64,000 nucleotides of DNA from an uncultured delta proteobacterium. Its GTDB lineage: Bacteria > Myxococcota_A > Polyangia > Polyangiales > JAFGIB01. Where the stretch lies: NCBI GenBank assembly GCA_963778655.1, contig CAVZVA010000009.1, positions 1 to 64,000 of the forward strand, in the 5' to 3' direction. Position numbers and translations under genes: made by a program. The notes below the pieces were generated by a model. It was given only the letters and a program-made list of their open reading frames with translations, was not told where the DNA came from and ran no database searches. Positions 11,999 to 27,565 of the stretch are shown piece after piece; the first letter of the stretch is position 1, and each line of letters opens with the position of its first letter.

Positions 11999-14836
11999 AT
12001 GGCTGCCGTCACCTACAGCCCAGGCACCCTGGTGCGCGCTCGGGGCCGCGAGTGGATCGTGCTCACCGGCAGCGAACGCGAGGTCCTGCGGGTGCGGCCC
12101 ATCTCGGGCTCCGAGGAAGACCAGACCCTCATTCACCTCGGCCTCGAGCCCGAGCCGGTCACTGAGGCGAGCTTTCCCGCGCCCACTGCCGAGCAGAAAG
12201 CAAGTCACGACTCGGCGCTTCTTCTGCGCGACGCACTCTTGCTCTCACTGCGTCGAGGGGCGGGTCCCTTTCGTAGCTTCGGGCAGCTCGCCGTCGAGCC
12301 TCGCGCGTACCAGCTCGTGCCGCTGCTCATGGCGCTCAAGCTCGACCCGGTGCGCCTGCTCATCGCCGACGATGTCGGGATCGGCAAGACGATCGAGGGG
12401 GCACTCATCGCGCGCGAGCTGCTCGACCGTGGCGACCTCGACCGCATGACGGTGCTCTGTCCGCCGCACCTGGTCGACCAATGGGTCACCGAGCTCGAGG
12501 CCCGGTTTCACTTGCGGCCCGTGCCGGTCACCGCCGCCAGCGCCAGTCGGCTCGAACGTAGTCTGCCGCCGAGCGAGAGCATCTTCTCGGCGCACCCGCA
12601 CACGGTGGTCAGCCTCGACTACATCAAGAGCGAGCGCCGACGCTCCGAGTTTCTGCGCGCCTGTCCGGACTTCGTCATCGTCGACGAAGCACACACCTGC
12701 GCCGCCGCCGGGCGCGGTCGCCACCAGCGCTATGAGCTGCTGCGCGGTCTGTCCGAGAGCCCGAGCCGCCACATGGTGCTGCTCACCGCTACGCCTCACA
12801 GCGGAGATGAAGCTGCGTTCTTTCGGCTACTGGGACTTCTCCACCGCGACTTCGAGGCCCTCGCCGAGTCCTCCGGTGACGAGCGGACGCGCCTTCGTGA
12901 ACGGCTCGCACGCCACTTCGTCCAGCGTCGGCGCCCGGACATCGACGAGTGGCAGGAGGGCAACACCTTCCCCAAGCGCGAGACCAAAGAGCTGACCTAC
13001 AAGCTCTCTGGTGCTTGGGAGAAGTTCTTTGGCGAGGTCCTCGACTACTGCGCCGACGTGGTCGCCTCAGCCGGCGGCGACGCCCGCCGTGAGCGCCTGA
13101 GCTTCTGGGGCACCTTGGCGTTGATGCGCTGCGTGGCGTCGAGCCCGGCCGCCGGCGCCCAGGCCCTGCGCACCCGGGCCGGAGCCGAAGACGCGGAAGA
13201 AGAAGAGACTCTCGAAGACCGCATCTTCGACGGGGGCGCTGACGCGCTCATCGAAGACGACGTCGAGCCGCCGGCCGCCACCAGCGACCCAGCTCTCAAG
13301 CAGCTCATCAAGCAGGCCGAGAGCCTCGCCGGGCAGTCGGGCGATCCCAAGCTCAAGCTGCTGGCCGATCACCTCGACCATCTCCTCGCCGATGGCTTCA
13401 ACCCGGTCGTCTTCTGTCGCTACATCGCCACCGCCCACTACCTCGGACGCCAGCTCGCAGACCGGTTCAAGGACGTGACCGTCTCGGTCGTGACCGGCGA
13501 GCTGACCACCGACGAGCGCAAGGAGAAAGTCGCGCTCTTGGGCGAGGCCGAGCAGCGCCTCCTTATCGCCACCGACTGCCTCTCCGAAGGCATCAACCTG
13601 CAGGAGTCGTTCGACTCGGTCGTTCACTACGACCTGTCGTGGAATCCGACCCGTCACGAGCAGCGTGAGGGCCGGGTCGACCGCTTCGGCCAGCCCAAGC
13701 CAGTCGTGCGCACCACCCTCATTTACGGAGCCAACAACCCGGTCGATGGCGCCGTGCTCGAGGTCATTTTGCGGAAGGCCGCCAAGATTCGGGAGGAGCT
13801 GGGCGTGCCCGTGCCGCTGCCGGACGACGGCCACACGCTGACGCAGGCTCTGATGCGTGCGGTGTTCCTGCGCCATCGCCAGGGCCACCGGCAGATGGAG
13901 CTCGACTTCAGCAGTACCGTCGAGGCCAAGGCGATCGACTCGAGCTGGCAGGACGCCGCCGACAAAGCGAAGAAGAACCGAACCGTTTTCGCCCAGCGCC
14001 GGCTCAAGCCCGACGAAGTATTGCCGGAGTGGCACAAGTCGCTCGCCGCCATCGGTAGCAAGGACGACGTGCATCGCTTCGTCGATCGCGCGCTGAGCCG
14101 CCTCGGATCGGGCCTCGACTCCCGAACTTCGAAGGGCTGGAACCGCGGCGCCAAGGTCCCACTCGATCCCTTGCCCGAAGACGTGCGCGAGCGACTCGAG
14201 GCCGAGGGTCTCACCGGCACGGTCCTCATCGATTTCAAGTATCCGGCCGCGCCGCGCTGTAGGCCGGTGCAGCGCAGTCACCCGTTGGTCTCGGTGTTGG
14301 CAGAGACTCTCCTGGAGCGGACCCTTGGCTCGAATGGCAACGGGGGAACTAGCGCGGGTAAAGGCAACTCGGGCGGCAACGTCGATCCGGGCGTGCTCGG
14401 TCGCGTTGGCGCCTGGGTCTCGGCCGACGTCGCCGTCCGCACCACGGTGGCGCTGCTTCGGCTGCGTCACCAGCTCGTGACGCAGCGTTCGGGGAGCATC
14501 CAGACTCTGCTCGTCGAAGAGGCTACCGCCATCGCCTGGGCCGGCGTGTCGGAACCGACCACCACCGAGGGTGCGGACGCGTTCGCCTTGATTGCTGCGC
14601 CGCCGATCGCCCATCCACCAGCGCACGTCCGCGAGCGGGCAGTGACGCAAGCGCTCGAGCAACTCGACCTTCGCCGAGCTGAGCTCGACGCCTTTGCCGA
14701 ACGCCGCGCCCAAGCGCTGCTCGCCGACCATCGGCGCGTGCGGGCGGCCGCCGATGCTCGCGGCAGCTACACGGTCAAGGCGCTCTTGCCCGCCGACGTC
14801 ATTGGTCTGTTCGTTCTCTTGCCGAGGGTGGACTGA
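11999..14836 (+). CDS. SNF2-family helicase (DrmD-like)
   Basis: LLIADDVGIGKT, DEAH, LLTATPH, TDCLSEGINLQ, EQREGRVDR. Confidence 0.9.
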   Translation: MAAVTYSPGTLVRARGREWIVLTGSEREVLRVRPISGSEEDQTLIHLGLEPEPVTEASFPAPTAEQKASHDSALLLRDALLLSLRRGAGPFRSFGQLAVEPRAYQLVPLLMALKLDPVRLLIADDVGIGKTIEGALIARELLDRGDLDRMTVLCPPHLVDQWVTELEARFHLRPVPVTAASASRLERSLPPSESIFSAHPHTVVSLDYIKSERRRSEFLRACPDFVIVDEAHTCAAAGRGRHQRYELLRGLSESPSRHMVLLTATPHSGDEAAFFRLLGLLHRDFEALAESSGDERTRLRERLARHFVQRRRPDIDEWQEGNTFPKRETKELTYKLSGAWEKFFGEVLDYCADVVASAGGDARRERLSFWGTLALMRCVASSPAAGAQALRTRAGAEDAEEEETLEDRIFDGGADALIEDDVEPPAATSDPALKQLIKQAESLAGQSGDPKLKLLADHLDHLLADGFNPVVFCRYIATAHYLGRQLADRFKDVTVSVVTGELTTDERKEKVALLGEAEQRLLIATDCLSEGINLQESFDSVVHYDLSWNPTRHEQREGRVDRFGQPKPVVRTTLIYGANNPVDGAVLEVILRKAAKIREELGVPVPLPDDGHTLTQALMRAVFLRHRQGHRQMELDFSSTVEAKAIDSSWQDAADKAKKNRTVFAQRRLKPDEVLPEWHKSLAAIGSKDDVHRFVDRALSRLGSGLDSRTSKGWNRGAKVPLDPLPEDVRERLEAEGLTGTVLIDFKYPAAPRCRPVQRSHPLVSVLAETLLERTLGSNGNGGTSAGKGNSGGNVDPGVLGRVGAWVSADVAVRTTVALLRLRHQLVTQRSGSIQTLLVEEATAIAWAGVSEPTTTEGADAFALIAAPPIAHPPAHVRERAVTQALEQLDLRRAELDAFAERRAQALLADHRRVRAAADARGSYTVKALLPADVIGLFVLLPRVD

Positions 14837-14838
14837 CC

Positions 14839-19337
<4,499 letters not shown>

Positions 19338-21150
19338 CCGAACAGGTCCCGCGGCTTCGCGTTGAACGTCTCGTGATCGTCGAATCGCGCTCGCCGCTCT
19401 CGTTCGTCCGCGACGTCCAACTGCACGCGGGACTCAACATCGTCTGGGCCGAGGAGCTCGCTGCCGCGGGCGGTGGAAGCGAAGTGCAGCGCGCCGGTCA
19501 CGGCGTCGGAAAGAGCACGTTCTCGCTCATGCTCCGGGCGGTGCTCGGCGATGACGGCGCAGCCGCGAAGACGATGCGCAACCACCTTGCCGAGTACTAC
19601 GGCAGCGGCGGCATCGCTGCCGAGGTCGTCGCTGGCACCGGCCAGTTCGCTGTGTTCCGGTCGTTCGGCTCGCAGAGCTTCGCGTTGAGAGACGCGACGG
19701 TGGAGACCCTGTTCGAGGACAGCGCGAAGGCGCAGGCCATCGATTTCTCGACCTACGTGGAAGCGCTCGGCCAGCAGGCGTGCTTGCAGCACATGTCGAC
19801 GCGCGCACTTCCTGTGACCGGCCAGGCCGTCGAGTGGAGCCACGTGTTGTGCTGGATCGCTCGCGACCAGGCGCTGGGTCTGCGCCAGTATTTCGAGTGG
19901 CGCAACGACGACGGCACCGGCCTGCGCCGCAAGGTCAAGGATCCGCCCGCGCTGACGCGCCTGGTGCTCGGCGTGCTCAGTGACGCCGAGGCGGAGGCCG
20001 ATGCCACGATCGCGAGCATCAACAACGAGATGACAACCGCTCGCGAAGCACTGCGGGGCGAGGAACAACGTGGCGCGAACACGCGCGCCATCGTCGAGAC
20101 GCAGCTTCGGCTTTGGGCGAAAGTGAGCCCGTCCCTAGACATGGTCACCGATGACCTTTTTGCACCATCGGTGGAAAAGGTGGTTTCCGAGACGACAAAG
20201 CGGATCGAGCGTGAGATCGAAGAGGCCCGGGCCCAGGTCGATGACCTCGACCGAGAGCTCATCGACCTGGCCGCCGACATCAAAGCCCAACGCCGCAGCA
20301 CGGACATCGCCAAGACGCGGTGGGACGAGGCTCTGGCCCTGAAGAACAAGGACGACCAGGCGCTCAAGGAAGCGCGCGAGCGCCGCGACAAGCTCCTGCA
20401 GCTGGCAGGGAGCTGTCAGTATGGCGGAATCTCCTACAGCGAGTGCAGCCACGTCCAGGAGCAGCGCGGGACGGTTAGGCTGTCGACTCAGAAAGAGATT
20501 GGCGTACTCAAGAGTTCCGTCGACCAGCTTGAGGAACGCGAGGCGTCCGACAAGGCCAACTACGAGCGCGAGGCCAAGGTCCTCGAACGTCTCACGACGG
20601 CTCAGCAACAGAAGACCGAGCGCAAGAAGGCGCTGAATAGGGCCGTCGAGGAACGACAACGGGAGCTCGGCCAAGGTGAGGCCGTTCGGAAGACGCTCTC
20701 CGATTGGCACGAGAGTCAGAAGGCTCCGGAAACGGAAAAGCTCCGCACGTCGCGCGCAAGCGTCGTCGAGCTCGAGAAGGAACTCGAAGGCGCGAAGGGA
20801 GCGAAGGTCTCCGCGCAACAACAGGTCTCGGACCGCGAGCGCGAAGTGGAGGCACGCTTCGCCAAACTCGCTGAGGTGTTCGGTGCGCTTGGGCGCTACG
20901 TACCGGCGGACGAGCAGCGTCCGTTTCACATGCTTCGCGCCGAAGGTGACGCGTACACGGTGCTGGAGATCCTCCTCGGCGACCTAGCGTGTGCGACCAA
21001 CGGGGCAGACGGGAGCGGTGCACATCCGGGGTTCTTGATCTTCGACTGCCCACGGGAACGCGAGATGAGCCCGCAGCTATACGATCGCTTGCTCAAGCTC
21101 TTGGACGAGGTCTGCAAGGTGAGCCTCCCCCGATTTCGTAGACAGCTTTG

Positions 21151-22029
21151 TTATGCCACAGCTCCGCTGTGACAGGTCATGTCTTCTTTCTCCGCAGGTG
21201 TCATGTAGTCGATTGAAGAATGAAGACGGGATCGGTTGTAGAAGCCCTCGATATACGGGAACAGCAGGGAGCGGACTTCGTCGATGCTCCCCGGAACCCG
21301 GTCTCCAAAGAGCTCGGCTTTGATGGTGCCAATGGTCGACTCCGCCACGGCGTTGTCCCAGCAGTTGCCTTTCCGACTCATGCTGACCTGCATGCCGAGC
21401 TTGCGAAGGCACGCGCGGTAGTCCGCGGCCGTGTACGTCGAGCCGCGGTCGGTGTGGTGAAGCAGACCTGGGCTAGGACGCTGGCGAGCCACGGCGGCCC
21501 GCAGAGCCCGCAGCGCCAGGGCCGTGTCGCAACGGTCGCTGACGGCCCAGCCGACGATGGCTCGCGTGCACAGGTCCACCAGGATTGCCAGGTAGCTCCA
21601 TCCCTGGGCGGTCCACACGTAGGTGATATCGCCGACCCATGCTCGATTGGGGCTGTCCCAGCGGAAGCGGCGATCGAGCAGGTTGGGCGCCGGGACGTGC
21701 GAGCTGTCGGCCTGGGTCGTGCGCCGGAAGCGCTTGGGACACCGGGCACGCAAGCCCAGCGCCCTCATTCGCGCTTCGATGCGTTTTCGGCTGACGCGTC
21801 TTCCTTGCCGCCGCAGGTGTCGGTGAATGCGCGGGCTCCCGTAGCGCCGCTTGCTTTGCAGATGGGTCGCGGTGATCTCGACGTCGAGCTGTGCGGTCTC
21901 CTGGGCCCGTGCGCTCACAGGGCGCGACCGTTGCGCATACACCGTGCTGCGTGGCAACTGCAGCGTACGACAGACCGCGGCGACCGACGTCTTGGACTCG
22001 TCGGCCAAACGGTACACGTCTGCGGTCAC
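21151..22029 (-). CDS. IS3 transposase OrfB (DDE/rve integrase core)
   Basis: [39 protein letters not shown]. Confidence 0.95.
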   Translation of the reverse strand: MTADVYRLADESKTSVAAVCRTLQLPRSTVYAQRSRPVSARAQETAQLDVEITATHLQSKRRYGSPRIHRHLRRQGRRVSRKRIEARMRALGLRARCPKRFRRTTQADSSHVPAPNLLDRRFRWDSPNRAWVGDITYVWTAQGWSYLAILVDLCTRAIVGWAVSDRCDTALALRALRAAVARQRPSPGLLHHTDRGSTYTAADYRACLRKLGMQVSMSRKGNCWDNAVAESTIGTIKAELFGDRVPGSIDEVRSLLFPYIEGFYNRSRLHSSIDYMTPAEKEDMTCHSGAVA

Positions 22030-22349
22030 GACGTGCCCTCCTTGGCGAAAAAAGCGGTGGCCCGTTTCAGAATCTCGCGTTCCTGTCGCAGCACTCGGTT
22101 TTCACGCCGAAGCGCCGCCAGCTCCTCTCGCTCCGCCGTCGTCAGCGGACCCGAGCCGCCGCCGCCGGCATCCACGGTCGCTTGACGAACCCAGTTGGTC
22201 ACCGCGCTTGCCGTCAGGCCAAGCTCTCGGGCAACCGCGAACGGCGTGCTGCCCGGCTGCTGGCACAGCCGAACCACCTCCGCCTTGTACTCGCTGGTGA
22301 ACTTCCGGCGTTTTCCTTGTCGCTTCTTTGACATGATTTCTGGACGCAT
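22026..22349 (-). CDS. IS3 transposase OrfA (HTH_Tnp_1)
   Basis: [13 protein letters not shown]...VARELGL...[18 protein letters not shown]. Confidence 0.92.
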   Translation of the reverse strand: MRPEIMSKKRQGKRRKFTSEYKAEVVRLCQQPGSTPFAVARELGLTASAVTNWVRQATVDAGGGGSGPLTTAEREELAALRRENRVLRQEREILKRATAFFAKEGTS

Positions 22350-22681
22350 AGTGCCTCATTGAACTTGTCCAAGAAATCGGGGGAATTCCAAGGCCGTACC
22401 TGGGCTCCAAGTGCTCCTCACCACAACCACGCCGCCCCCAGAACCCCTTCGGGAACCTCCCACGCGTATCCTAAAGCTCTCGCACGCGAGCGCTGACGAC
22501 CTGCTCCTGAAGCGCCGCATCGAAAATCTTCTCTCGCGAGGAGAACGGTCGCCGTCCGAGGAGCAATCATGAGCCATCACCTCGCGCAAGATCGGGCGAT
22601 CGCCTCATCCCGGAGGGGGACGAAGGACGTCCCACGAGCCGCGGGAGAGATTCGCCGCGAACAGATTCTCGGGTGTGACCC

Positions 22682-23485
22682 ATGACGATCGCGGGCCCGA
22701 TCGCAACTTTGCTCGAGATGGCCGCACTGAACAACGGCTTCGACCGCGAGCTGCCGGTCGTTGATGGCTGGCTCGCCTTCGCGAGCACGCACGTGCCGTT
22801 GAAGGTCTGGCTTCGAGGAGAAGGCGACGCTGACTACGTTGCTGCGCTCTCGCAGATGAATGTGGGCAGGGCGTTGTCGGAGCACGGGGAACCCATCAGC
22901 GCCTCGCTTCCGAATGGTGCCGCAGCAGCCCTGATGGTTTCCGACATCCCGACCATGCACCGCCTGTTGCGCCGTGCGTTCCAGCTCTCGAAGACACTTC
23001 CCGACGAGTTGCTCCACGCCTTCGAGAAGAAGGTGGCGAAGCTTCCTCAGACCACGGAGGCCGAGCGCCTCGTCGTGCAACGCGTCGGCCAGGACATCTT
23101 TCGAGCGGGGCTCATCGAGTACTGGGACGGTCGCTGCCCGGTTACCGGGCTCTGCGTCCCCGCGCTCCTTCGTGCAAGCCACATCAAGCCCTGGGCGAGC
23201 TGCACGACGGACGCCGAGCGCCTCGACGTTTTTAACGGCCTCCTGCTGGCTCCGCACCTCGACGCCGCGTTCGATCGCGGGTTACTCACTGTCGCCGACG
23301 ATGGCGCGGTGCTCGTGTCACCGGTCCTGTCGACCAACGATCGGCAAGCGCTTTCGGTACACGATGACCTGCGTATCCCAAGCCTCGCTGACGGGCACCG
23401 TCACTATCTGAAGTGGCATCGCGACTTCCTATTCCGAGCCGGTCATGGCGATCGGAACGACCAGGGCCCGGGAGGAGCGGGATGA
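22682..23485 (+). CDS. HNH endonuclease (HNH_2, putative restriction endonuclease)
   Basis: QRVGQDIFR...CPVTG...LLRASHIKPW...NGLLLAPHLDAAFDRG. Confidence 0.9.
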   Translation: MTIAGPIATLLEMAALNNGFDRELPVVDGWLAFASTHVPLKVWLRGEGDADYVAALSQMNVGRALSEHGEPISASLPNGAAAALMVSDIPTMHRLLRRAFQLSKTLPDELLHAFEKKVAKLPQTTEAERLVVQRVGQDIFRAGLIEYWDGRCPVTGLCVPALLRASHIKPWASCTTDAERLDVFNGLLLAPHLDAAFDRGLLTVADDGAVLVSPVLSTNDRQALSVHDDLRIPSLADGHRHYLKWHRDFLFRAGHGDRNDQGPGGAG

Positions 23486-24969
23486 GTGAGCCGACGAAGA
23501 CGCTTCGCGACGCAGCGATCGATGTGCTGCGCGAGCGCGGTCCGATGCACTACCAGGCGCTCACCGAGGAGATCCTATCCCGAGGTCTCGCATCATCGGC
23601 CTCGCGGACTCCATCAGCCTCTCTCAACGCGGTGCTTGCAGTCGACATCAAGCGAAACGGCGTGAATAGCCGATTCGTTCGCGTTCGCCCCGGCGTATTC
23701 GGTCTGCGGGGCCATGACCCCGCTGGGGCGGTTCCCAACACGCCGGCCATGGGCAACGTGGAAACGAACGACGCGGATGCCGGGATCCCCCAAAAGGACG
23801 AAACCGAGCAACGGGTCCGGACGCCGCTGTTCCCCACGTACCGCGAGGTGCGTCACCTCCTGAAGGTCTGGCCCGGGCGTCCCCGCAAGCAGGTCACCGG
23901 GCTTCAGGCAACGTTGGGCGAGCTTCGCGGCACACCGCAGAACACCGTCGACTGGACGGACCCGGACGCATGGATCCCAGAGCGGTTGTCTGGCGACGAC
24001 CGTGACCTTGCCACCACCATTTGGATCAAGAGCGGGAAGAACGTCAATCCGCGCCACACCTATGGCCACTGGCTACTGAGCCAGAAGTACGGCCTGATCG
24101 AGGAAGGCCCCGACGGCAACCTCGTCTTGGCCGACCGCGGCCGCGACCTCATCGAGCACGAGGGGGGCGAAGCCGAGACCTTCCTCGACGAGCAAGAGGG
24201 CCTCGCCAAGCTCCTGGCCCTCGTCGCCGACAACGGGCCGACACGCGCAGGTGGCCTACTCGAAGAGTGGACGGAGTACCTGAATCGCCATTCGTCGTTC
24301 GCCAGCCCATCGACCTTCCGCGACACGCTCCGGCGCCGCCTTAACAACCTGCTCGACCGTGGGCTCGTGAACCGCAAGGGCACGATGTACTCGGTGACCG
24401 ATGCGGGCCTGGCCTACCTGCAGCGCGTCGGTACCGAAGAGGCCCTCGGGGGCGACGAGCAGCAGGAGCTGTGGACGCTGGCCAAGAAGCAAGAGGCCTC
24501 GGTCCGCGAGAGCATGCGCGAGCTTCTTCTCGATATGGACGCCTTCGCCTTCGAGCACCTCGTCAAGCGGCTGCTCGAGGAGATGGACTACCAGAACGTC
24601 GAGGTCACGACGCGTTCGGGCGACGGCGGCGTCGACGTCATCGCCGAGATCGAGCTCGGCATCACCTCGGTGCGCGAGGTCGTGCAGGCGAAGCGCCACC
24701 GGCGCACGATTCAGCGCAAGGACCTCGATGCCCTTCGCGGCTCGCTGTACCGCTTCAACGCCGTCCGAGGCACCATCATCGCCACCTCGCGCTTCTCGAA
24801 GGGCACGGAGGAAGCGGCCTTCGCAGGCGGCGCCGCGCCGATCACCCTCATCGACGGTGACAAGCTCATTGACCTGCTGATCGAGCACGGCATCGGCGTC
24901 CGCAAACGCACGCTCGAGGTGCTGGCCGTCGACCCGGATGCATTCGCTGACCTGGAGGGGGACGCATGA
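23482..24969 (+). CDS. mrr: Mrr-family restriction endonuclease with N-terminal HARE-HTH and winged-helix domains
   Basis: N-terminal AAIDVLRERGPMHY...TPSASL...FVRVRPGVFGL; C-terminal FEHLVKRLL...GDGGVD...VQAKR...LIDGDKL; ATGA overlap with HNH. Confidence 0.88.
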   Translation: MSEPTKTLRDAAIDVLRERGPMHYQALTEEILSRGLASSASRTPSASLNAVLAVDIKRNGVNSRFVRVRPGVFGLRGHDPAGAVPNTPAMGNVETNDADAGIPQKDETEQRVRTPLFPTYREVRHLLKVWPGRPRKQVTGLQATLGELRGTPQNTVDWTDPDAWIPERLSGDDRDLATTIWIKSGKNVNPRHTYGHWLLSQKYGLIEEGPDGNLVLADRGRDLIEHEGGEAETFLDEQEGLAKLLALVADNGPTRAGGLLEEWTEYLNRHSSFASPSTFRDTLRRRLNNLLDRGLVNRKGTMYSVTDAGLAYLQRVGTEEALGGDEQQELWTLAKKQEASVRESMRELLLDMDAFAFEHLVKRLLEEMDYQNVEVTTRSGDGGVDVIAEIELGITSVREVVQAKRHRRTIQRKDLDALRGSLYRFNAVRGTIIATSRFSKGTEEAAFAGGAAPITLIDGDKLIDLLIEHGIGVRKRTLEVLAVDPDAFADLEGDA

Positions 24970-25027
24970 GTCACAGCGAATACAGCTTGTTCACTCCCGA
25001 TGGTGCCATTGCAATAGGAGGATCGAG

Positions 25028-27074
25028 ATGACACGTGTCCCGATCCTCGTCCAGTTCGAGTATCACCCAGCGTCGACCGAGGGGGCGGCGACTGCCGAGT
25101 ATCTTCGCGCTGTCATCAACGATGACCCCGCAGTGCCGGGACTTCGAATCCCCACGAGCTTCACGCCCGACGACTACTCGTTTATGCCGCCCGAGCCACG
25201 GATCAGCGAAGAGGCCGATCGCGTCCTCCTCGTCCTGCTGGCGGACGACGTGCTCGCCGAGCATGCGAGGACGGGCAAGAGCGGCGGCATCACCTGGGGT
25301 GACTACGCGGTCAACCTCCGGGAGCTCTGCGACGCATCACCCAACCATCGACTCCTCCCCGTGAGTCTCAGCAGGTTCGCCTGGCCGATCGATACGCGCC
25401 TCAATGACCTGAACTTCTTCCGCGCATTCGACGAGCCCGATGAAGAGCAGCGGAAGAAGCTTGTCGCGCGTCGAATGCTCCACCTCCTGATTCGACGGCT
25501 TCGCCCTCACGCGACGGACGAGGATGCTCACCCGGTTACCATCTTCCTGAGCCATGCAAAGATCGACGTGGGCAAACAGCCCGGCGTCGTCAATTCGCTA
25601 CTGGACTACTTGAAGGCGAACCAGCCGGAAAAGACCTGGTTCGACAGCGGCGACATCGCGTCCGGGTCGCGCTTCGCCAGGGCCATCGAGGAAGGTGTGG
25701 CCGACTCTGCGCTGCTCGCCGTCGTGACCGACGCCTACTCCTCGCGATCCTGGTGCCGCAAAGAGGTGCTGTTCGCCAAGCGCCATCAAAGGCCGTTCGT
25801 GATCGTTGACGCGCTGCAGGAGCGAGAAATCCGCCGGTTCCCGTACGCCGGTAACGCGCCCGTAAATCGTTGGCGCGATGACCCTCGAGATGTCGTCGAC
25901 TCCCTGCTTCGAGAGACCCTTCGGCACGCCTACTCGGAGGAGATGCTTCGGCAGCGCGCTCGGCCCGGCGACGACATTCTCCCGTCAAGCCCCGAGCTCG
26001 TGACCATCGTGCACCGAGACAAGAACCGTCCGGTGCTGTACCCCGATCCGCCTCTCGGTCCCGAGGAACTCGAAGTCCTGGAACTCGCGGGTATTGTTGT
26101 TGAGACGCCTCTTGAACGGCACGCCAGGGCCAACGACTTGCGTGTCCGCCAGCTGCTTGTCGCACTGTCGATTCTCGGAAGCCGAGGACTTGCCGCGTTT
26201 CGGTCTTCGTAAGCCGCACCTCGACGACGTGTTGCTCGAAATGTCGCGCTACCTGCTGGTGGCTGGAGTTCGGCTAGCCTACGGTGGTCACCTCGGTTCC
26301 GTCGGCTACACCGTCCGGCTTGCGGACCTCTTGAACAACGACCCGGTCATCGAGCAGCTTCGTGGTGTGCCTGCTGCTGGAACCGCGTGCCCCGCCGAGC
26401 TGGTGTCTTACCTCGCGTGGCCTACCGGAAGTACCGCAGCAGACGTGGCGCGCCTCGGCGCGCTGGTCGAAGTACGCCGAGGCGGACGTCCCGATGGTCT
26501 CGATGAGACTGTCGACCCGTCGTTCGTGGTGGCGCCTCCGGCTGACATCCCGATCGACTCGCCGATGCGACGATTTGCATGGGCCCGCGGGCTGACGATG
26601 ATGCGCCAACGCCAGACCGAGGACGTCGCGGCCCGCGTCGTCGTTGGCGGTCGTCTCGGACCGGCAGGTGATGGCTATCGAGGGAGGATGCCAGGGGTGC
26701 TTGAGGAGGCACTCCTCGCCATCCGAGTCGACCGCCCCATCTATCTCGTTGGGGCGTTTGGAGGGAGCGCTCACCTGGTCATCGATGCTCTCGATGGCGT
26801 GTCGCGGCCCGAGCTTCACTGGGACTATCAACGGGTGGTGCCGCATTCCGAAGAGCTGCGAACGATCTACCAGCAGCGAGGCGAAGTGTGGGACGAGTAC
26901 GACGCCGTAGCAGCGGAACTGAAAGAGGTCGGTCTCGCCGGGCTCAAGAACGGACTGACCGTCGATCAGAATCGTGAACTCGCGACCACGCGTTCGGCAG
27001 AGCGCATCGTGGAACTCGTGCTCCACGGCCTTCAGCAGTGCTATCCGCCAGCGGCCGCGGACGACCCGGAGTGA
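25028..27074 (+). CDS. TIR domain + SLOG (LD_cluster2-like) fusion protein; one frameshift near 26174
   Basis: TIR IFLSHAK...WFDSGDI...YSSRSWCRKE; after removing one base VALSI-SEAEDL continues to LLVAGVRLAYGG...SYLAWP...GRMPGVLEEA...PIYLVGAFGG (SLOG); about 681 aa. Confidence 0.8.
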
Positions 27075-27079
27075 GGACC

Positions 27080-27565
27080 ATGTCAGACAAGAAGAACATC
27101 TTCATCTCTCACGTTCACGAAGACGACGACCTGCTGCCGAAACTGAAGGACCTCATCTCGAAGGCTGGGATGGAGGTGCGCGATGGGTCCATCAACAGCG
27201 ACAAGCCTAACGCGGCGTCGAGTGAAGGCTACATCAAGAACGAGATCCTTGCGCCGCGCATCCAGTGGGCCAGCACCCTTGTCGTGCTCATCACCCACGA
27301 CACCGCGCAGAGCGATTGGGTGAACTGGGAAATCAAGCATGCCGTCGAGCAGGGAAAGAACGTCGTCGGCGTGTTTGCGCAGGGCGCCACCGACGCCGAC
27401 ATCCCAGAGGAGCTCCGGAAGCACGGCGACGCCGCAGTCGTTGGCTGGCAGAGTGATCGCGTCGTTGACGCGATCAACGGCACGATTACCTCCTGGGACG
27501 ACCCTGCCACTGGAAACCCGCGCGCGACACCGGACTGGGTGGCCAAGAGGTATAGCTGCGGATGA
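27080..27565 (+). CDS. MTH538/DUF1863 TIR-like protein (ThsB-like)
   Basis: NIFISH...STLVVLI...SDWVNWEIKHA. Confidence 0.88.
   Translation: MSDKKNIFISHVHEDDDLLPKLKDLISKAGMEVRDGSINSDKPNAASSEGYIKNEILAPRIQWASTLVVLITHDTAQSDWVNWEIKHAVEQGKNVVGVFAQGATDADIPEELRKHGDAAVVGWQSDRVVDAINGTITSWDDPATGNPRATPDWVAKRYSCG

Larger units (their letters stand above)
21120..22390 (-). mobile_element. IS3-family insertion sequence, 1271 bp, 3-bp target duplication AGG
   Basis: TG...CA ends; imperfect IRs TGAGCCTCCCCCGATTTCGTAGACA / TGGAATTCCCCCGATTTCTTGGACA; AGG at 21117-21119 and 22391-22393. Confidence 0.95.
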
